A DNA stretch of 64,000 nucleotides from Chiloscyllium plagiosum (Eukaryota), in contig NC_057719.1 in the NCBI RefSeq assembly GCF_004010195.1, forward strand, positions 15,518,589 to 15,582,588, written 5' to 3'. Position numbers and translations under genes: made by a program. Shown here in pieces: positions 26,015 to 38,811 of the stretch (positions are counted from its first letter, which is position 1; each line of letters starts with the position of its first letter). The notes under the pieces were generated by a model that worked only from the letters and a program-made list of their open reading frames with translations, searched no databases and was not told where the DNA came from.

Positions 26015-27680
26015 TAAAATAAAAACAGGAAGTGTTAGACAAAATGGACAGGTCTGGTAACATCTGTGAAGAGAGAATCAGATTAACTCTGATTTTTTTC
26101 CATAGTTGCTGTCAGACCTGCTGAGTTTTTCTGGCAATTTATACTTTTGTCTTTGATTTACAGCATCTGCAGTTCTTTTGATTTCTATTTGCCAAGTCAC
26201 CCTAAATTGGATAGTTTAATGTTCCTAACATTTAAATTAAATGTTAGGACTAAAGGGAGAGATGGAAAAGTGTTTGGTCTTGTATTGTAGAAAAATGGTG
26301 CAAAGAGGCAAGTTGAACAGAAGGGAAAATCAGGAAAAGGTTAGAAGGCGAAGAAGATTCTAAATCATAGGGGTGATAGAATGAAAGGCAACAGGATTGA
26401 TAATTGATATCAAAATAGGAGAGAGATCGCAGTGTCGGCATTAACATCAAAAATATCAGTCAGCTCTGCTGAAAGCCAACCAGGAATGCTCACCACTTGT
26501 GTGGAGGGGAAACAAATTGGAGGATAGAATCATGGAACCCTACAGTGCATCAAGTCTGCATCAAATCTCCGAAGATCATCCCACCCAGACCCAACCACCC
26601 ACCCTGTCCCCATATCCCTGCATTTCCCATTGCCAATCCACATAGCCTAATCCATATCCCTGGACACTGTGGGCATTTCAGTACAGCCAGTCTAACCTGC
26701 ACATCTTTGGACTGTGAGAGGAAATATGAGCACCCAGTAGAATCCAATGCAGACACAGGAAGAACATGCAAACTCCACACAGTCACCAGGGCTGGAATCG
26801 AATCTGGGTCCCTGGTGCCAGAAGGCTGTAGATTAACACCTAAACAGAAATGAGGTGCTGTTTCTTGAACACTGGTACAATGAATATGAGCATAAGAACA
26901 ATGATATGTTAAAGTGCAAACAATTGCATAGGGTCATGTTTGCAATCTGAGTGGAGGCATTTCACAAAGCTGTCTCGCAGATATGCGTTTGTTGTCCCCA
27001 GTGTAGAGGAGACTGCACTGGGAGCAATGAATATAGTAGACTAGATTGATAGAGTAAAAACAAATCATTGCTTTAACTAGAAAGAGTGCTTAGGGCCTTG
27101 TACAATGAGGAATAAAAGGAGAAAGTGTTACTTTTCTTCTGATTGCACAGGAAGATGCCATGAGAGGGGGCTGGTGTGTTTTGAGTGATAGAGGAGGGAA
27201 CCAGGATGTCACAATGAGAGAGAACTGTGGGAACAGTCCCTTTGGAATGATAACAGAGGAGGTAAAGGTAATCATATTGTACAAATATAATTTTATTTGA
27301 AGTTAGCACTTAACTAAAATCCACAGTTTAAATTCTAAAATTGCCTGCCTTACAAGGTCCCCAGTGGAAGAACAGTTGAGTTTGGTTAATTATTGAAGTA
27401 CCTGAAATTGGTTCTTTTGTTACTAGGTCAACTAGGACTTCAATGTTAGGAACATTTAAAACTAGCCAATTTAGGGTGACTTGACAAATAAAAACCAAAA
27501 GAACTGCAGATGATGTAAGTCAGAGACAAAAATAGAAATTGCTGGAAAAACTCAGCATCTGTGGACAGAAATCAGAGTTAACATTTCATTCTGAGGAAGG
27601 GTCACTCAACCCAAAATGTTAACTCTTATTTATCTCCACAGATACTGAGTTTTTCCAGCAATTTCTATTTTTATGTCTAG
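26015..27680 (-). mobile_element. Old Neptune-type Penelope element with pLTR pieces at both ends, interrupted by a SINE
   Basis: Decayed GIY-YIG region 26850-27070 resembles 45040-45200; pLTR pieces at 26020-26190 and 27490-27675. Confidence 0.6.
26527..26840 (-). mobile_element. HE1/V-SINE-like SINE
   Basis: Core aaactccacacagtcacc...atcgaatctgggtccctgg. Confidence 0.85.
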
Positions 27681-27853
27681 GGTGACTTAGCAGTTGAGTG
27701 CAATTTACAATGGAGTATTGGGATTTGGGTGATTAGTGGGAGAAAGAAAAGGGGTCCTCTATTGTTTTTGTTTCTGCTTTTGCTCCTATTTTCAATCTCA
27801 AGGAATTTGTGCTTACTATCAGAAAAGAAATTGGTTATTTGCTGTGTTACTCA

Positions 27854-28150
27854 GATTAGATTCCCTAAGGGTGGAAACAGGCTCTTCAGCCCAACCAGCC
27901 CTCCAAAGAATAACCCATCCCGACCCATTTCCCTCTGACTAATGCACCTAGCACTATGGGCAACTTAGCATGACCAATTCACCTGGCCTGCACATCTTTG
28001 GACTGTGGGAGGAAACTGGAGCACCTGGAGAAAATCCATGCAGACACGGGGAGAACGTGCAAACTCCACACAGTCACCCACGGCTGAAATCGAACCAGGC
28101 TCCCTGGCACTGTGAGGCAGTGGTGCTAATCACTGAACCACTATGCCACC
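27854..28150 (-). mobile_element. HE1/V-SINE-like SINE
   Basis: Head, core and tail match 21817-22116. Confidence 0.88.
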
Positions 28151-28269
28151 TTCAAATTGATTCTATTCTCAAGGTTCACGTATTTTAGTGACTAGTGGTA
28201 GCGTTAATAAAATATATTTTTAAAAGTTTAAATACAATTAAATTTTTAAAAGTCTTTGTTTGAAAACAT

Positions 28270-29650
28270 GAAGGACTGCAGGAGAGGGGATATGTTAGGA
28301 CTGCAGCATGTGGGTCCCCCTTGATGCGATTGTGATCAAAGTCATTAAGTGCATGGAGTTTCTAACCTAGAGGTTGAGCCGCTGACACTGCAATGCATCA
28401 GGGTTGGGAATGTTGCCTACATTATTTATATTAGGAGGCAATCACAGATAGGGTGTTCTAATTTAATCTGTGTTCAAGGAGAACAGAGTCTGTCTGAGTG
28501 AGGCAGCAGAGCGACCTAAAGGGCAGGACTGCAAAAGCCTCAGCCTTTGCAAATTACTTACCAGCATTGAGGTTCTTCCAGCCTGTTTAGCTGTGAACAC
28601 AGGCTGTAAAGTGGATGAGCTGACTGACATAGCACCCTGGTACAGGAATCCATACAAATAGATGGAGCAATAAGGAAATAGCAGTAGGAGGGGATATTGG
28701 TCATTCTATGCAGTGAAGAACATCAGTTCAGAAGGCTGTGTTGCTTGCCCAATGTGTGGGTTTTGGATATTTGCTCAGGGCTGGAGAGAAACTTGTGGTA
28801 GGAGTAAGGTGGATCCAGTCATCAAGGTCCATATCAGTACCAACGAAATAAGCAGAATAAAGAATGAGATTTTGCATTGTCTTTACAAGGAGCCAGTCAC
28901 CAAATTAAGAGCAGGTCAAGTCTCAAAGGTCACATTCTATGGATTGTTAACTGAGCCACATGCAAATTAGCACAATACAAATCAGATGAGAGAGATGAAT
29001 GCATGGTTCAAAGGCGGGTTGGAGAAGTGGGTTCTGGTTTGTAGGGCACTGACACCAGATCAGGGGAACGTGTAGCTGTACAATTGGATATGTTTCCACC
29101 CAAACTGTACTGGGGCTAGTGTTCTTGTGAGCCACATTATTAGGGGAAAAGAGATGGTTAACTAAATAGCAGGGGCAAAAGATCAAATTTGGGAAAATGT
29201 AATTTAAGGAGTGTAGAGAGGCAAAAAAGAAAGGTATTAATACAGGAAATGATAAACAGACCATTCCAGGAAGGAATAGAGTACAAATTTAAGAGAAAAA
29301 GAATAAAAGGATAAAATTAACTCTGAATGCATGCAGCATTTGAAATAAAACAAATGAATTAAGGCTACAAATGGAAATGAATATGTATGATATATAGCCA
29401 TTAGAGAGACATAGCTACATGATGACATGAATTGGGACCTGAATATTGACAGGAATAGAATATTTAGGAAGAACAGGAATCTGGGAGAAGGCAGAGGGGT
29501 GGCTTTATTAACTGACTATGCCATTAGTACAACAAAGAGCGATGACCTAAGATCACGAAACCAAAACGGAAGTATTTTCGCTGGTGATGAAAAATGGTAA
29601 AAGCAAGAAGTCACTTGTGAGAATGGTATATAGGCCTCCGAACAGTAACC
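28270..29650 (+). mobile_element. Old CR1 LINE: ORF1 (SGNH-esterase-like) and start of ORF2
   Basis: VIKVHISTNEI resembles VIVHIGTNDI; then decayed IAIRET, GRGVAL and YRPPNS endonuclease motifs. Confidence 0.75.
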
Positions 29651-30494
29651 AGTTTTTGAGACTTTGTGATGATCGTTCTGGATGCCATTATCCCAAATTA
29701 CAGCAGACCAGGCTTCAGGAAGAAATTCAGTGGCTGTAAAGCACTTCGGGTCAGCCAGATTTGTACTCACTTCAAGTATAACAGACATCCAAGCGTTGTA
29801 AGCCAGAGAAAGCTTTGTTACTCAATGTATCCTCAGCTGGATTAGAGTGCAAAAACTGTGTACTGCCTTAAAAACAGCTGCTAGCAAATCTCTCACTTGT
29901 AGTGGATTGAGCTGTAGGTCACAGACCAATTCCACATTCAGAGAATGGAACAATTGTATTTTTGGATTTTTTTTAATGATTGGGTATATTGGGCCCAGAT
30001 TACTAAATATATAGACTCGGAACACCTCAAGGAAATCAGCATAGCACTAAAACACAAAGTCAGTCTGCAACTGGGGATCTATTTTGCAATGAGAATCAAA
30101 TTGCAATAGGTAAAAAGCTTAACAAGGACTTCTTTGCCATAGTGTAACCTTCCTATGCATAGCTCTTGGCTGAATTATTGGTAGGTGCAGCAGGTCTGTA
30201 GACTATATAATGGCAGGAGAATTTGAAATGTTGTCTGAGCTCACCTCACTATATACCCACGTGTTCTTTCTTCTATGTTATTGAATAGAGAGATTCTCTT
30301 TGGAATCCTGCTTTTCCTGTGCATATGCCTGAAAACCTGCTTGATCGCCAGAGATTTCTAGAAAGAGATTGAGTGAAAACCCAATCAATAACTTTTCAGA
30401 CACCCTGCAGAAAGTATTCCCAAATGTATATCTAAAGTAAACCAGTAGAAAGCAAACGTTTGACTCCTTTAAAAGGCACTTTTGTCTTTATCAG

Positions 30495-30598
30495 TTGAAA
30501 CTGTCAACCATACCCAAGATTATATCATCGTCAGAGCAACCCAAGCATTCTGCAATAGATGTCTTCCAACATCTCCTGTACATGGAAACAGGGTTTTG
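30495..30598 (+). other. Candidate exon
   Basis: Acceptor ttttgtctttatcag; phase-0 LKLSTIPKIISSSEQPKHSAIDVFQHLLYMETGF; donor uncertain (gtgggg). Confidence 0.25.
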
Positions 30599-31480
30599 GT
30601 GGGGGGTGGGCGGGGGACTTCTTACCCATTGCATTATTTCAATTTTGTTTTTCTTCATTCTGTGTGCAAATGCTGATGTTTTCATGCCATGGTGAGCCAG
30701 GAACTTCGGGGCTGTTGCCTTTCACAGCAAATGAAATGGGGACAGGATAGAGTCTGCAAATTGCAATTGATCTGATGAAACCTTTTGAAATTGTAGCATG
30801 CAGACATCCCTGCATCAAGGAAAGGGTTAAGGATCTTATGAGAAAGTTAAAGAAAACAATATTGACTCTATATAAAAGCTGTTGGCCTGGAAGCCAGCAA
30901 GGCTATTTGCTTAACTTATGTAACTTAATAGGACTTATGCAAACTCATTAAAATTGACTCCAGCTCATAGTGCTTGCTTTGCTCCTTGCAGTTTAGATGT
31001 TTTCTCTTGAAAGGGAGAAAATCATTGGCAGTTGTATACTAGAAGTATAAATTTCCCTTCAAACTGCCTTCCTAAAAAAGCCTCAAAGAACTTTATTTGG
31101 CTAACTTCCTGTCTTGTAGACCCAACTGTTTAGCCAGTATGCATATCTTATAAACCAAGATTTGAAAATATTGACCTGGATATGCACAACATACACAGGA
31201 AGCCATCTTGGTTATGGGCTTTACGTGCACTGCCAGTGAGATATAGAGCAACATAGATTAATGTGCAGCACTAACTTAAAGCCCACATTCTAACCAACAT
31301 TCTGTCTTAGCCTTGTACAGCTGAATGTGGCAGTAAATGAAGAATCTGAGCCCCCTCCATCTGCCAAAGTCACCCATTACCGTTTATTTTTTAAAGAGAC
31401 TAAAAAGTACTTTCAGATTGGTTTCAGACAATTCTGTGTATTTTTGAGGTTTCTTACACTCGCCTGTTTAGCATGTTCAG

Positions 31481-31570
31481 GGAGAATAAAGTGAGGACTG
31501 CAGATTATGCAATCCGAGGAGCAGGAGAGTCAACCTTTCGAGCATGAGCTCTTCATCAGGAACGATGACC
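31481..31570 (-). mobile_element. Short Penelope pLTR insertion with 15-bp TSD
   Basis: gtttagcatgttcag at 31466-31480 and 31571-31585 flanks the pLTR sequence. Confidence 0.8.
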
Positions 31571-31888
31571 GTTTAGCATGTTCAGCTAATTAAAAAAATT
31601 ACTACATGGATTAAGCTTACAAAGGACTCCCAGACCATTAAGACGTGTGGTCTTTATTTAAGTAGTAGCTGCTGCCAATGCTAACAGGTTCCCTGCTAAT
31701 GTGTGTACCTAATGAATAGCTCGGGTATGCTAGTCACACATAGAAATCACAAAATCCATCACATATTTAGCATGCTGTCTGCAATGTAATTCCCACCCTC
31801 AATTATATTGGATATTGAGCAGTATAGCCATATCCCTGAACATCAGACTGCTTGGGAACAGAAGTCATCTTGTTTAGCTTTTCAAGAC

Positions 31889-32104
31889 TACAGGCTGTTC
31901 TGTTATAACTTATGTTTCATCAATGTGAATTCACTGTAACGCGATTGACGAATCGGGGACTCTGTTTCTATAGCACAAAGATTTAAAAAGTGTGTTGGCT
32001 GTAACGTGATTAACAACACTAAGCGCTGTTTCTAAAGCGCAATTTTTCAATAACACAGGGTTGCACAAGAACGCAACCACTACGTTACGGAAGAACTGAA
32101 TGTA
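31889..32104. mobile_element. Tigger/Tc-mariner-like MITE
   Basis: tacaggctgttctgttataac...gttacggaagaactgaatgta; TA ends; homolog of 10071-10275. Confidence 0.72.
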
Positions 32105-33081
32105 TTCTGATATTCAATTCTATCATAGCTGATCTGCATCACAACTGTAATTACCCATATATCAGCCTTACAAACAACTATTCCTAACAAACATCTGTTG
32201 ATCACGATCTGGAACATTTTGGAAGATTGAGTTGTCCAAATTTCCACAATGTGTAGAAGAAGATCTCATTCTTTAAGAGAATGCCGTCCTTTTCTGGATC
32301 CCCACATGATTAAGTCATTCTCTGGATCTACCTCTCAAATCCCTTAATCATTTTCAAGACCTTAATTAACTCAGCCAAGGGTGTTTAGGAGACATGGCCT
32401 CATAGTTGACCACTTTAAACCTGATACACTCTCTTGTGAATCTCAATTACAATCACTATATTGACTTGAAAAGCTTACATCCCAGTACAGGTCCCAAGTA
32501 GCATTCCATTTTATATCCTGCCAAACATTACCTTCATTCCTACTCTGTGTTCCAAACAATTACGAGACAACTTAAAGGAGTAACAATATTTCTGTAACAA
32601 AAGGAATGTCTATGACAGACTCGAAACTTGTAATACCTGGCCAGGGAACATCTGATATCTCCAGTGTAAAACATACAGCAGGCACAAGATTTTTAAATTG
32701 TATTCAAGTGAAGTTTTTTTTGCCAGTGTGTAAGAAGTTATACAAGCAAAGGAATAGTTCTCTACTTAGTTTTAAGGAAAGAATCTAAGCATGTGATGGG
32801 CTATCAGTGAGGGAACCTTTTAGTAGTCACTATAATGCAGTTAGATTCAGAGTTATCATCAAAAAGGTAAAGGTTGACCAAGAGAGAGGTTTTAAATGGA
32901 AAAGCCAATTTCACTATATGAAGTAGAGAGAAACAGCTACTTGAAGATGTACAAGTGTCAAACAGTAGGAGATGTTCAAGGAAAAAAAGTGGATAGGGTT
33001 TAGAACAAATTTGATTCCACGAAATAAAAGGGTGGGTCTCTAAAATCTAGAAGCCCTTAGATTTCAAAGAGCATACAATGT

Positions 33082-33362
33082 TAGTGAGTTTTGAGAAGAT
33101 ATGTAGCTCTGGATGAAATCCAACCGTAACTCTATCAACAAACACATTGACTTGGATCCCATTTACCATCTCCTGAGAAAAAGAACAGGAAATGACATCA
33201 CCACGGGAAATGACATTACCAACCCACAGAAACCTAAGCACGTAGATAGAAAGCAGGCCATGCCACCAGTACTTCATCCGGAGACTCACTGATGATGTTA
33301 CCTAGTGTGGTGTCGAAACGTCTGAAAATGAAATTTCCAGCTCAGCGAGCAAACCTACATCC
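33082..33362 (+). mobile_element. Poseidon-type Penelope terminal fragment with 12-bp TSD
   Basis: agcatacaatgt at 33070-33081 and 33363-33374; HIDLDPIY remnant; hammerhead motif at 33286-33325. Confidence 0.82.
33286..33325 (+). ncRNA. Minimal hammerhead ribozyme motif (Poseidon-type pLTR)
   Basis: tca-CTGATGA-tgttacctagtgtggtgtc-GAAACGTC-tga. Confidence 0.62.
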
Positions 33363-34351
33363 AGCATACAATGTAGGAAAATGCAAAATAAAAAAGTTTA
33401 TATCAAATGTCAGTAGCTCAATACTGCAGAGGCAAAAAGTATGCTGAGGGAACAATCAATAAAAAATAGTAATAGTTGGCAGTGAATGTACTGGTCATGC
33501 TGAAGATCCATTTTGAAGAGTAAAAGATGAGTGGGATAATGTACGTCATTCACAAATTATATTGTTTTTCTTCCTGGGTAGTCCACTGTGACATTAGGAA
33601 ATAGGGAAATTAGAAAATCAAACAGAGGGCATGGAAAAGTATAGACTAGTAAAATGAAGGTAAACCCAAAAATATTTTATAAATGCATAAAGAAGAAGTA
33701 GATAATTAAAGATACAGCAAACCCAAATACAGAACATAAAGTTAGTATGTGCAGAAGTGGGAAATGGTTCTTAATGAACACTTTGCATCTGTTTTCACAA
33801 AAGAACGGGACAAACCAGAGATATTGTTATGAAAGAGAAGTATGAAATGTTAGATAGGATAAACATTTGCCAGTAAACAGCCAATCTGACCAGCCTGTGT
33901 ATATTCTCTTGTAGTTTCTTGGAACCCAACTATGACAATCCCATTGAACAAACTAACAGATGAAAAGCATTGGAAGGGGGCATAGTGTAATCAACTGTAT
34001 CAAAGGCTACTGGAAAATCAGGCAAGAATAATGCACCATGACCACTTGTGTTATTGGCTCTGAACAGAAATGTACCAAACATTGTAATGTTAATTGGTAA
34101 ACAAAATGAATGGTTCTTCATTAAAGAATAACAAGGTTCAGGAAATCCCTGCTATTCACATGCTACCGGTTGACAAAAGGATGCTGGAAAGCATGGGTCA
34201 GGCAGCATCCATGGAGAGAGAGCAAGCTAATGTTTCAAGTCTAGAAGACTCGAAGTCAGCTGTGATGGATGCTGCATGACCCCCCCTGAGATCTTCAGCA
34301 TTTTTTGTTTTCAGGACAGATTCCAGCATCTGAAATTTGCTCCAACCTATT

Positions 34352-35054
34352 ATAGAGTCAAAGAGATGTACAGCATGGAAACAGACCCTTCGTTCGAACT
34401 CGTCCATGCTGACCAGATATCCCAACCCAATCTAGTCCCACCTGCCAGCACCCGGCCCATATCCCTCCAAACCCTTCCTATTCATATACCCATCCAAATG
34501 CCTCTTAAATGTTGCAATTGTACCAGCCTCCACCACTTCCTCTGGCAGCTCATTCCGTACACGTATCACCCTCTGCGAGAAAAAGTTGCCCTGAAGGTCT
34601 CTTTTATATCTTTCCCTTCTCACCCTAAACCTATGCCCTCGAGTTCTGGACTCCCTGACCCCAGGGATTGCCTATTTACCCGATCCATGCCCCTCATAAT
34701 TTTGTAAACCTCTATAAGGTCACTCCTCAGCCTCCGGCACTCCAGGGAAAACAGCCCCAGCCTCTTCAGCCTCTCCCTATAGCTCAAATCCTCCAACCCT
34801 GGCAACATCCTTGTAAATCCTTTCTGAACCCTTTCAAGTTTCACAGCATCTTTCCGATAGGAAGGAGACCAGAATTGCACGCAATATTCCAACAGTGGCC
34901 TAACCAATGTCCTGTACAGCTGCAACATGACCTCCCAACTCCTGTATTCAATACTCTGACCAATAAAAGAAAGCATACCAAACACCTTCTTCACTATCCT
35001 ATCTACCTCCGACTCCACTTTCAAGGAGCTATGAACCTGCACTCCAAGGTCTCT
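34352..35054 (-). mobile_element. CR1 (HER1-like) LINE 3' fragment, young
   Basis: ORFs 34620-35042 and 34432-34623 (LVRPLLEYCVQFWSP, NFFSQRVIRVRNELP). Confidence 0.95.
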
Positions 35055-36307
35055 TAGAAATGCTTTATGTTAGCCTGCATCACTTCCTATGATGATGCAT
35101 TCCAGCTATTTACATATCCCATAGTATATTAATCAGTATAAAGCAATTAAAGCAAAATAGAACAACCACAGTCAGCAAAAATGTCATTTGTGGCTTTGAC
35201 TAGCCCAGTGCCGTGATGAAAATCTGTTTGGAGGATTCACAGAATCACAAGAAAAATAGACTTTTGGGAGGCAACAACAACCTTTGGTGATAACAAGGAA
35301 GTTAAGGATGGGGTGGTAATTGGTAAGGACAAGAGGCCAAGACTAGGTATATTTGAAGAGGTTTTGATGTGGAGAATTTGAAAGGGAGGGAGATAGCACC
35401 TGAGATTAACCTGTTAACACTTAGTCAGACTTACAAGGGAGAATGGTCACTTTCATGAGCCTCATGCGCTTTCAGAACATGCGTTGGGATTGGGTGAGGG
35501 AGGTTCAATGATGAGAAATGTGAGAAGAAAAGACACTTAACCAGCCATGACATTATGCCTTAATTAACTGGAAATAGATATCATTTCTGTCATACATAAA
35601 TTCCATATTTTACTGTGTCCCATGTTACCATCTTAACTGGGAATATACAAGATACTCTGGTTTATCAGGTTCTTCCTGTGTGAGTATTTGTATTTAAATG
35701 TATTTAAAGTTAATTGAGAAAAGGAACTTCAATATGATTAGAAGGAAGCCAACTTTGGGCATTTGGTGATTTCTTTCCTCCCAGTTTAACTTGCTGCTCC
35801 ATTTCACTGTTATTTTTGTTCACTTATCATTTGAACTTACACACATCTTTCAAGATAAAATATATTTTCCTTAATGTATAATTCGCCTGAGAGGATGTGT
35901 GATCATTGAGAACAAATCTTAATAGAACAAGAAAACTATCTTAGTGTTTGATGAAAAGCTGTTTGACCAGCTTACTCTTACTCAGTCGGGCATTTCCTGA
36001 CAAAATAGTATCATACAGCATTACATGTGGCTGTAACCACAACACCTACATAGATGGCAAGTTGAGAATGGCCAATGGCACGAGTTTGTCTTTCTTAAAT
36101 TGATCTTGCAGTGACAAGGTTGTAAAGTGAGTGTACTTCATTCAATTATAGTCTGAAGTCTGGAGTTTACAGGTTCTTGTGTGTGCTTCTCCAAATGAAT
36201 GGAATCTGTAGTCCATAACAGGTATATCTGAGGAACAACATTCAGCCCATCATATTTCATTAATTTAGAAAGATGCGACAGTCCTCTCATTCATTATTCC
36301 AATTGTT

Positions 36308-36495
36308 TAGAGTCACAGAATCATACAGCATGGAAACAAACCTTTCCTATTCATGTACCTGTACAAATGTCTTTTAAATATTGTAGCTGTGCCTGCATCT
36401 ACCACTTCGTCTGAGAGTTATTCCATATGTGCGCCACACTCTGTGTGAAAACATTGCCCCTCAGGTCACTTTTAAATTTTTCTCCTCTCACCTAG
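36308..36495 (-). mobile_element. CR1 3' tail fragment
   Basis: Matches 34352-34630. Confidence 0.8.
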
Positions 36496-37397
36496 GACAC
36501 TACCATTATCTGTATAAGTCCTACCCCTTGTTCGTTTTACAAAGTTCTTTGAATATCTTGTGTAAATTGAGTATCCCAATGAATTAGTTAATTATTATTT
36601 TAAACCTTAATCTTCGTATACTATTCATACTATTAAAGTAGTATTCTGGATCTACTTTCTTCACTGTATGTATGTACCTACGTACCTCACAAAGCACTTT
36701 AACATCCCCTCCCAAACATCTACTTTCCAGACTGAACATTATTATTTGGATCTTTTCCTTTTTATCATGTAATTGCTCGCTTTCCATTTCAAAGTGATTG
36801 GCATCAACCCTGTCTCAAAAAAGCCACTCCTGACTCATTAATACACGCAAACTACCACTCTCAACTCCAGTTTTTCTGAAGCACTTGTCTATGTTGTTGC
36901 TACCCGAGGCTATGCCCTCTGTCACATAACGAGAGTTTAAAATTTGGAATGCAATCTCCAATAGGATGTTATTGTCTGTCAATAATAGACTTCAAAAAGG
37001 AATTGAATAAATATTTGAAGGAGAGTACAGTTTGAGAAAATTAAGAAGACGTGAGTAAATTTGAACTATTTGTATTCCACTTCAAAAGTGCCAACATAAA
37101 CATAATTGATCAAATGTCTTCTTCTCCGTTGTAATATTCAATTATTTTGTGATTCTAACTTCATGTTTTAATTTTTCCAGTCAAGTTTCATTTTACCTGC
37201 AAGTCCCTCCACTTCAATAGGGAGCAATACCACCACTACAGGGGTAGGTTTAAACTAGCTCAGCAAGGAGATGTGAACCTGAGGTGTAGTTGCAGTGCAC
37301 AGGAGGATGAGAGTAGGGAGGACAGGGACAGGATTTCACAGTCACAGAAGTGTGCTGGCAGGCAGCAAGCTGGTTTGAAGTGTGTCTACTTCAATGC

Positions 37398-38811
37398 CCC
37401 TCCTCCAAGTCCCTCCTCCCTACCTTTTATCTTCTCCTGCTGAAAAGCCCCTCCTCCAAGTCCCTCCTCCCTACCTTTTATCATCTCCTGCTGAACACTC
37501 TCTGCTCATTCCTGAAGAAGGGCCTGTGCCCGAAACGTCGAATCTCCTGTTCCCTGGATGCTGCCTGACCTGCTGTGCTGTTCCAGCAATAAAGTTTCAA
37601 CCTCTACCATCTTAACGAACAAGGGGTGCAGCTGCATGGGAATACCAAAGCTTGCAAGTTCCTTTCCAAGTCCCACACCATCCTGTCTTGGAACTATATT
37701 TCTGTTCCATCACTTGCATCAGGTCAAACCTCTGGAACTTACTCCATTACAGCACTTAACCTACACAAGGGCGTTTAGGGAAGGGTGACAAGTGTGGGTC
37801 ACCCTCAATGCCCTGAGAAAGACGTTTTCACAAAATGCATTCCACCATTTCCACATGATTAAATTGTTCTTTATCGCCCTGTTCTTTTTGTTTCCTCCTT
37901 TCTTGGATGGGTACATTAACTCATTGTTACCATTTCAGAATCTAAGAAATTCTGAAGGATCCAAACCATTACTTCCACAACCTCTGCAGCAACCTCATTC
38001 CAAAGCCTCAGATATAGGTTCAAAACTTTTGTTATACATTTTTCTTTGATTATGTAAATTACTTTAAATTCTTCGGACACTTCCTATTTCTGACCTTTTA
38101 ACTGTAGACAACTACAAAACATTTGTTTGATTTCTGTCATCACCCCCATTATAATTTCTCCTGTCACTACCTTTAAGGGAACTAGGTTTGCTTTTCCCCC
38201 GACTGCCCTTTATTTACATACCTGCGAAAATGTCATAACTGCTTTTATTTCTTACCACTTTACTCTCATTCTATCTTTCTCCCTCTTTATCAATTTTTAA
38301 GTGGTTTATTCTAAAAATCAGCCTGTTCTCAGGATTATAATTCTTCTTAGTGTTCTTGAATGTCTCTTAATTTTAATACTACTCTTAAACTATTCTCATT
38401 TAGTTGCAGATATATCCTGTTGAGTTTCAACTTCTCAGTACAATGTTAAGAGATTTCAATATTTCTTGAAATGTTCACCATTCCTCACTTGCTGAAATAA
38501 AGTTAGAGGAGGGGAATGGTAGACCTTTGCTGAGAATTTCTCAACAAAATTGGAAGCATTGCTGCTGCTTCTTGTGCCAGGCCACTGGATGAAGCATTGG
38601 AAGATGTAGATACATAATAGAGTAAGGTTGTGCATGTGTTCCTGTACCTGCACAGACTAGTTTCTGCCAAACATGCAAAGAATCCAAATTAGGAAGGGCC
38701 TGTGCCCGAAACGTCGAATCTCCTGTTCCCTGGATGCTGCCTGACCTGCTGTGCTGTTCCAGCAATAAAGTTTCAACTTTGATCTCCAGCATCTGCAGAC
38801 CCCACTTTCTC
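37398..38811 (+). mobile_element. Composite Penelope pLTR-cargo-pLTR insertion
   Basis: 12-bp TSD ctacttcaatgc (37386-37397, 38812-38823); identical 85-bp direct repeats 37517-37601 and 38693-38777. Confidence 0.8.
37508..37543 (+). ncRNA. Minimal type I hammerhead ribozyme motif (PLE-associated)
   Basis: attc-CTGAAGA-a-gggc(ctgt)gccc-GAAACGTC-gaat: helix I attc/gaat, helix II gggc/gccc, palindromic ACGT helix III, GUC site. Confidence 0.75.

Larger units (their letters stand above)
32590..33865 (+). mobile_element. Old CR1 ORF2 fragment interrupted by a Penelope pLTR
   Basis: Decayed linker (KVNPKIFYKCI, LNEHFASVFTK). Confidence 0.65.

Noticed and set aside
34276..35057. Long + strand ORFs (143 and 129 aa)
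   Set aside because: Antisense shadows of CR1 ORF2; the same applies to most ORFs in the supplied track
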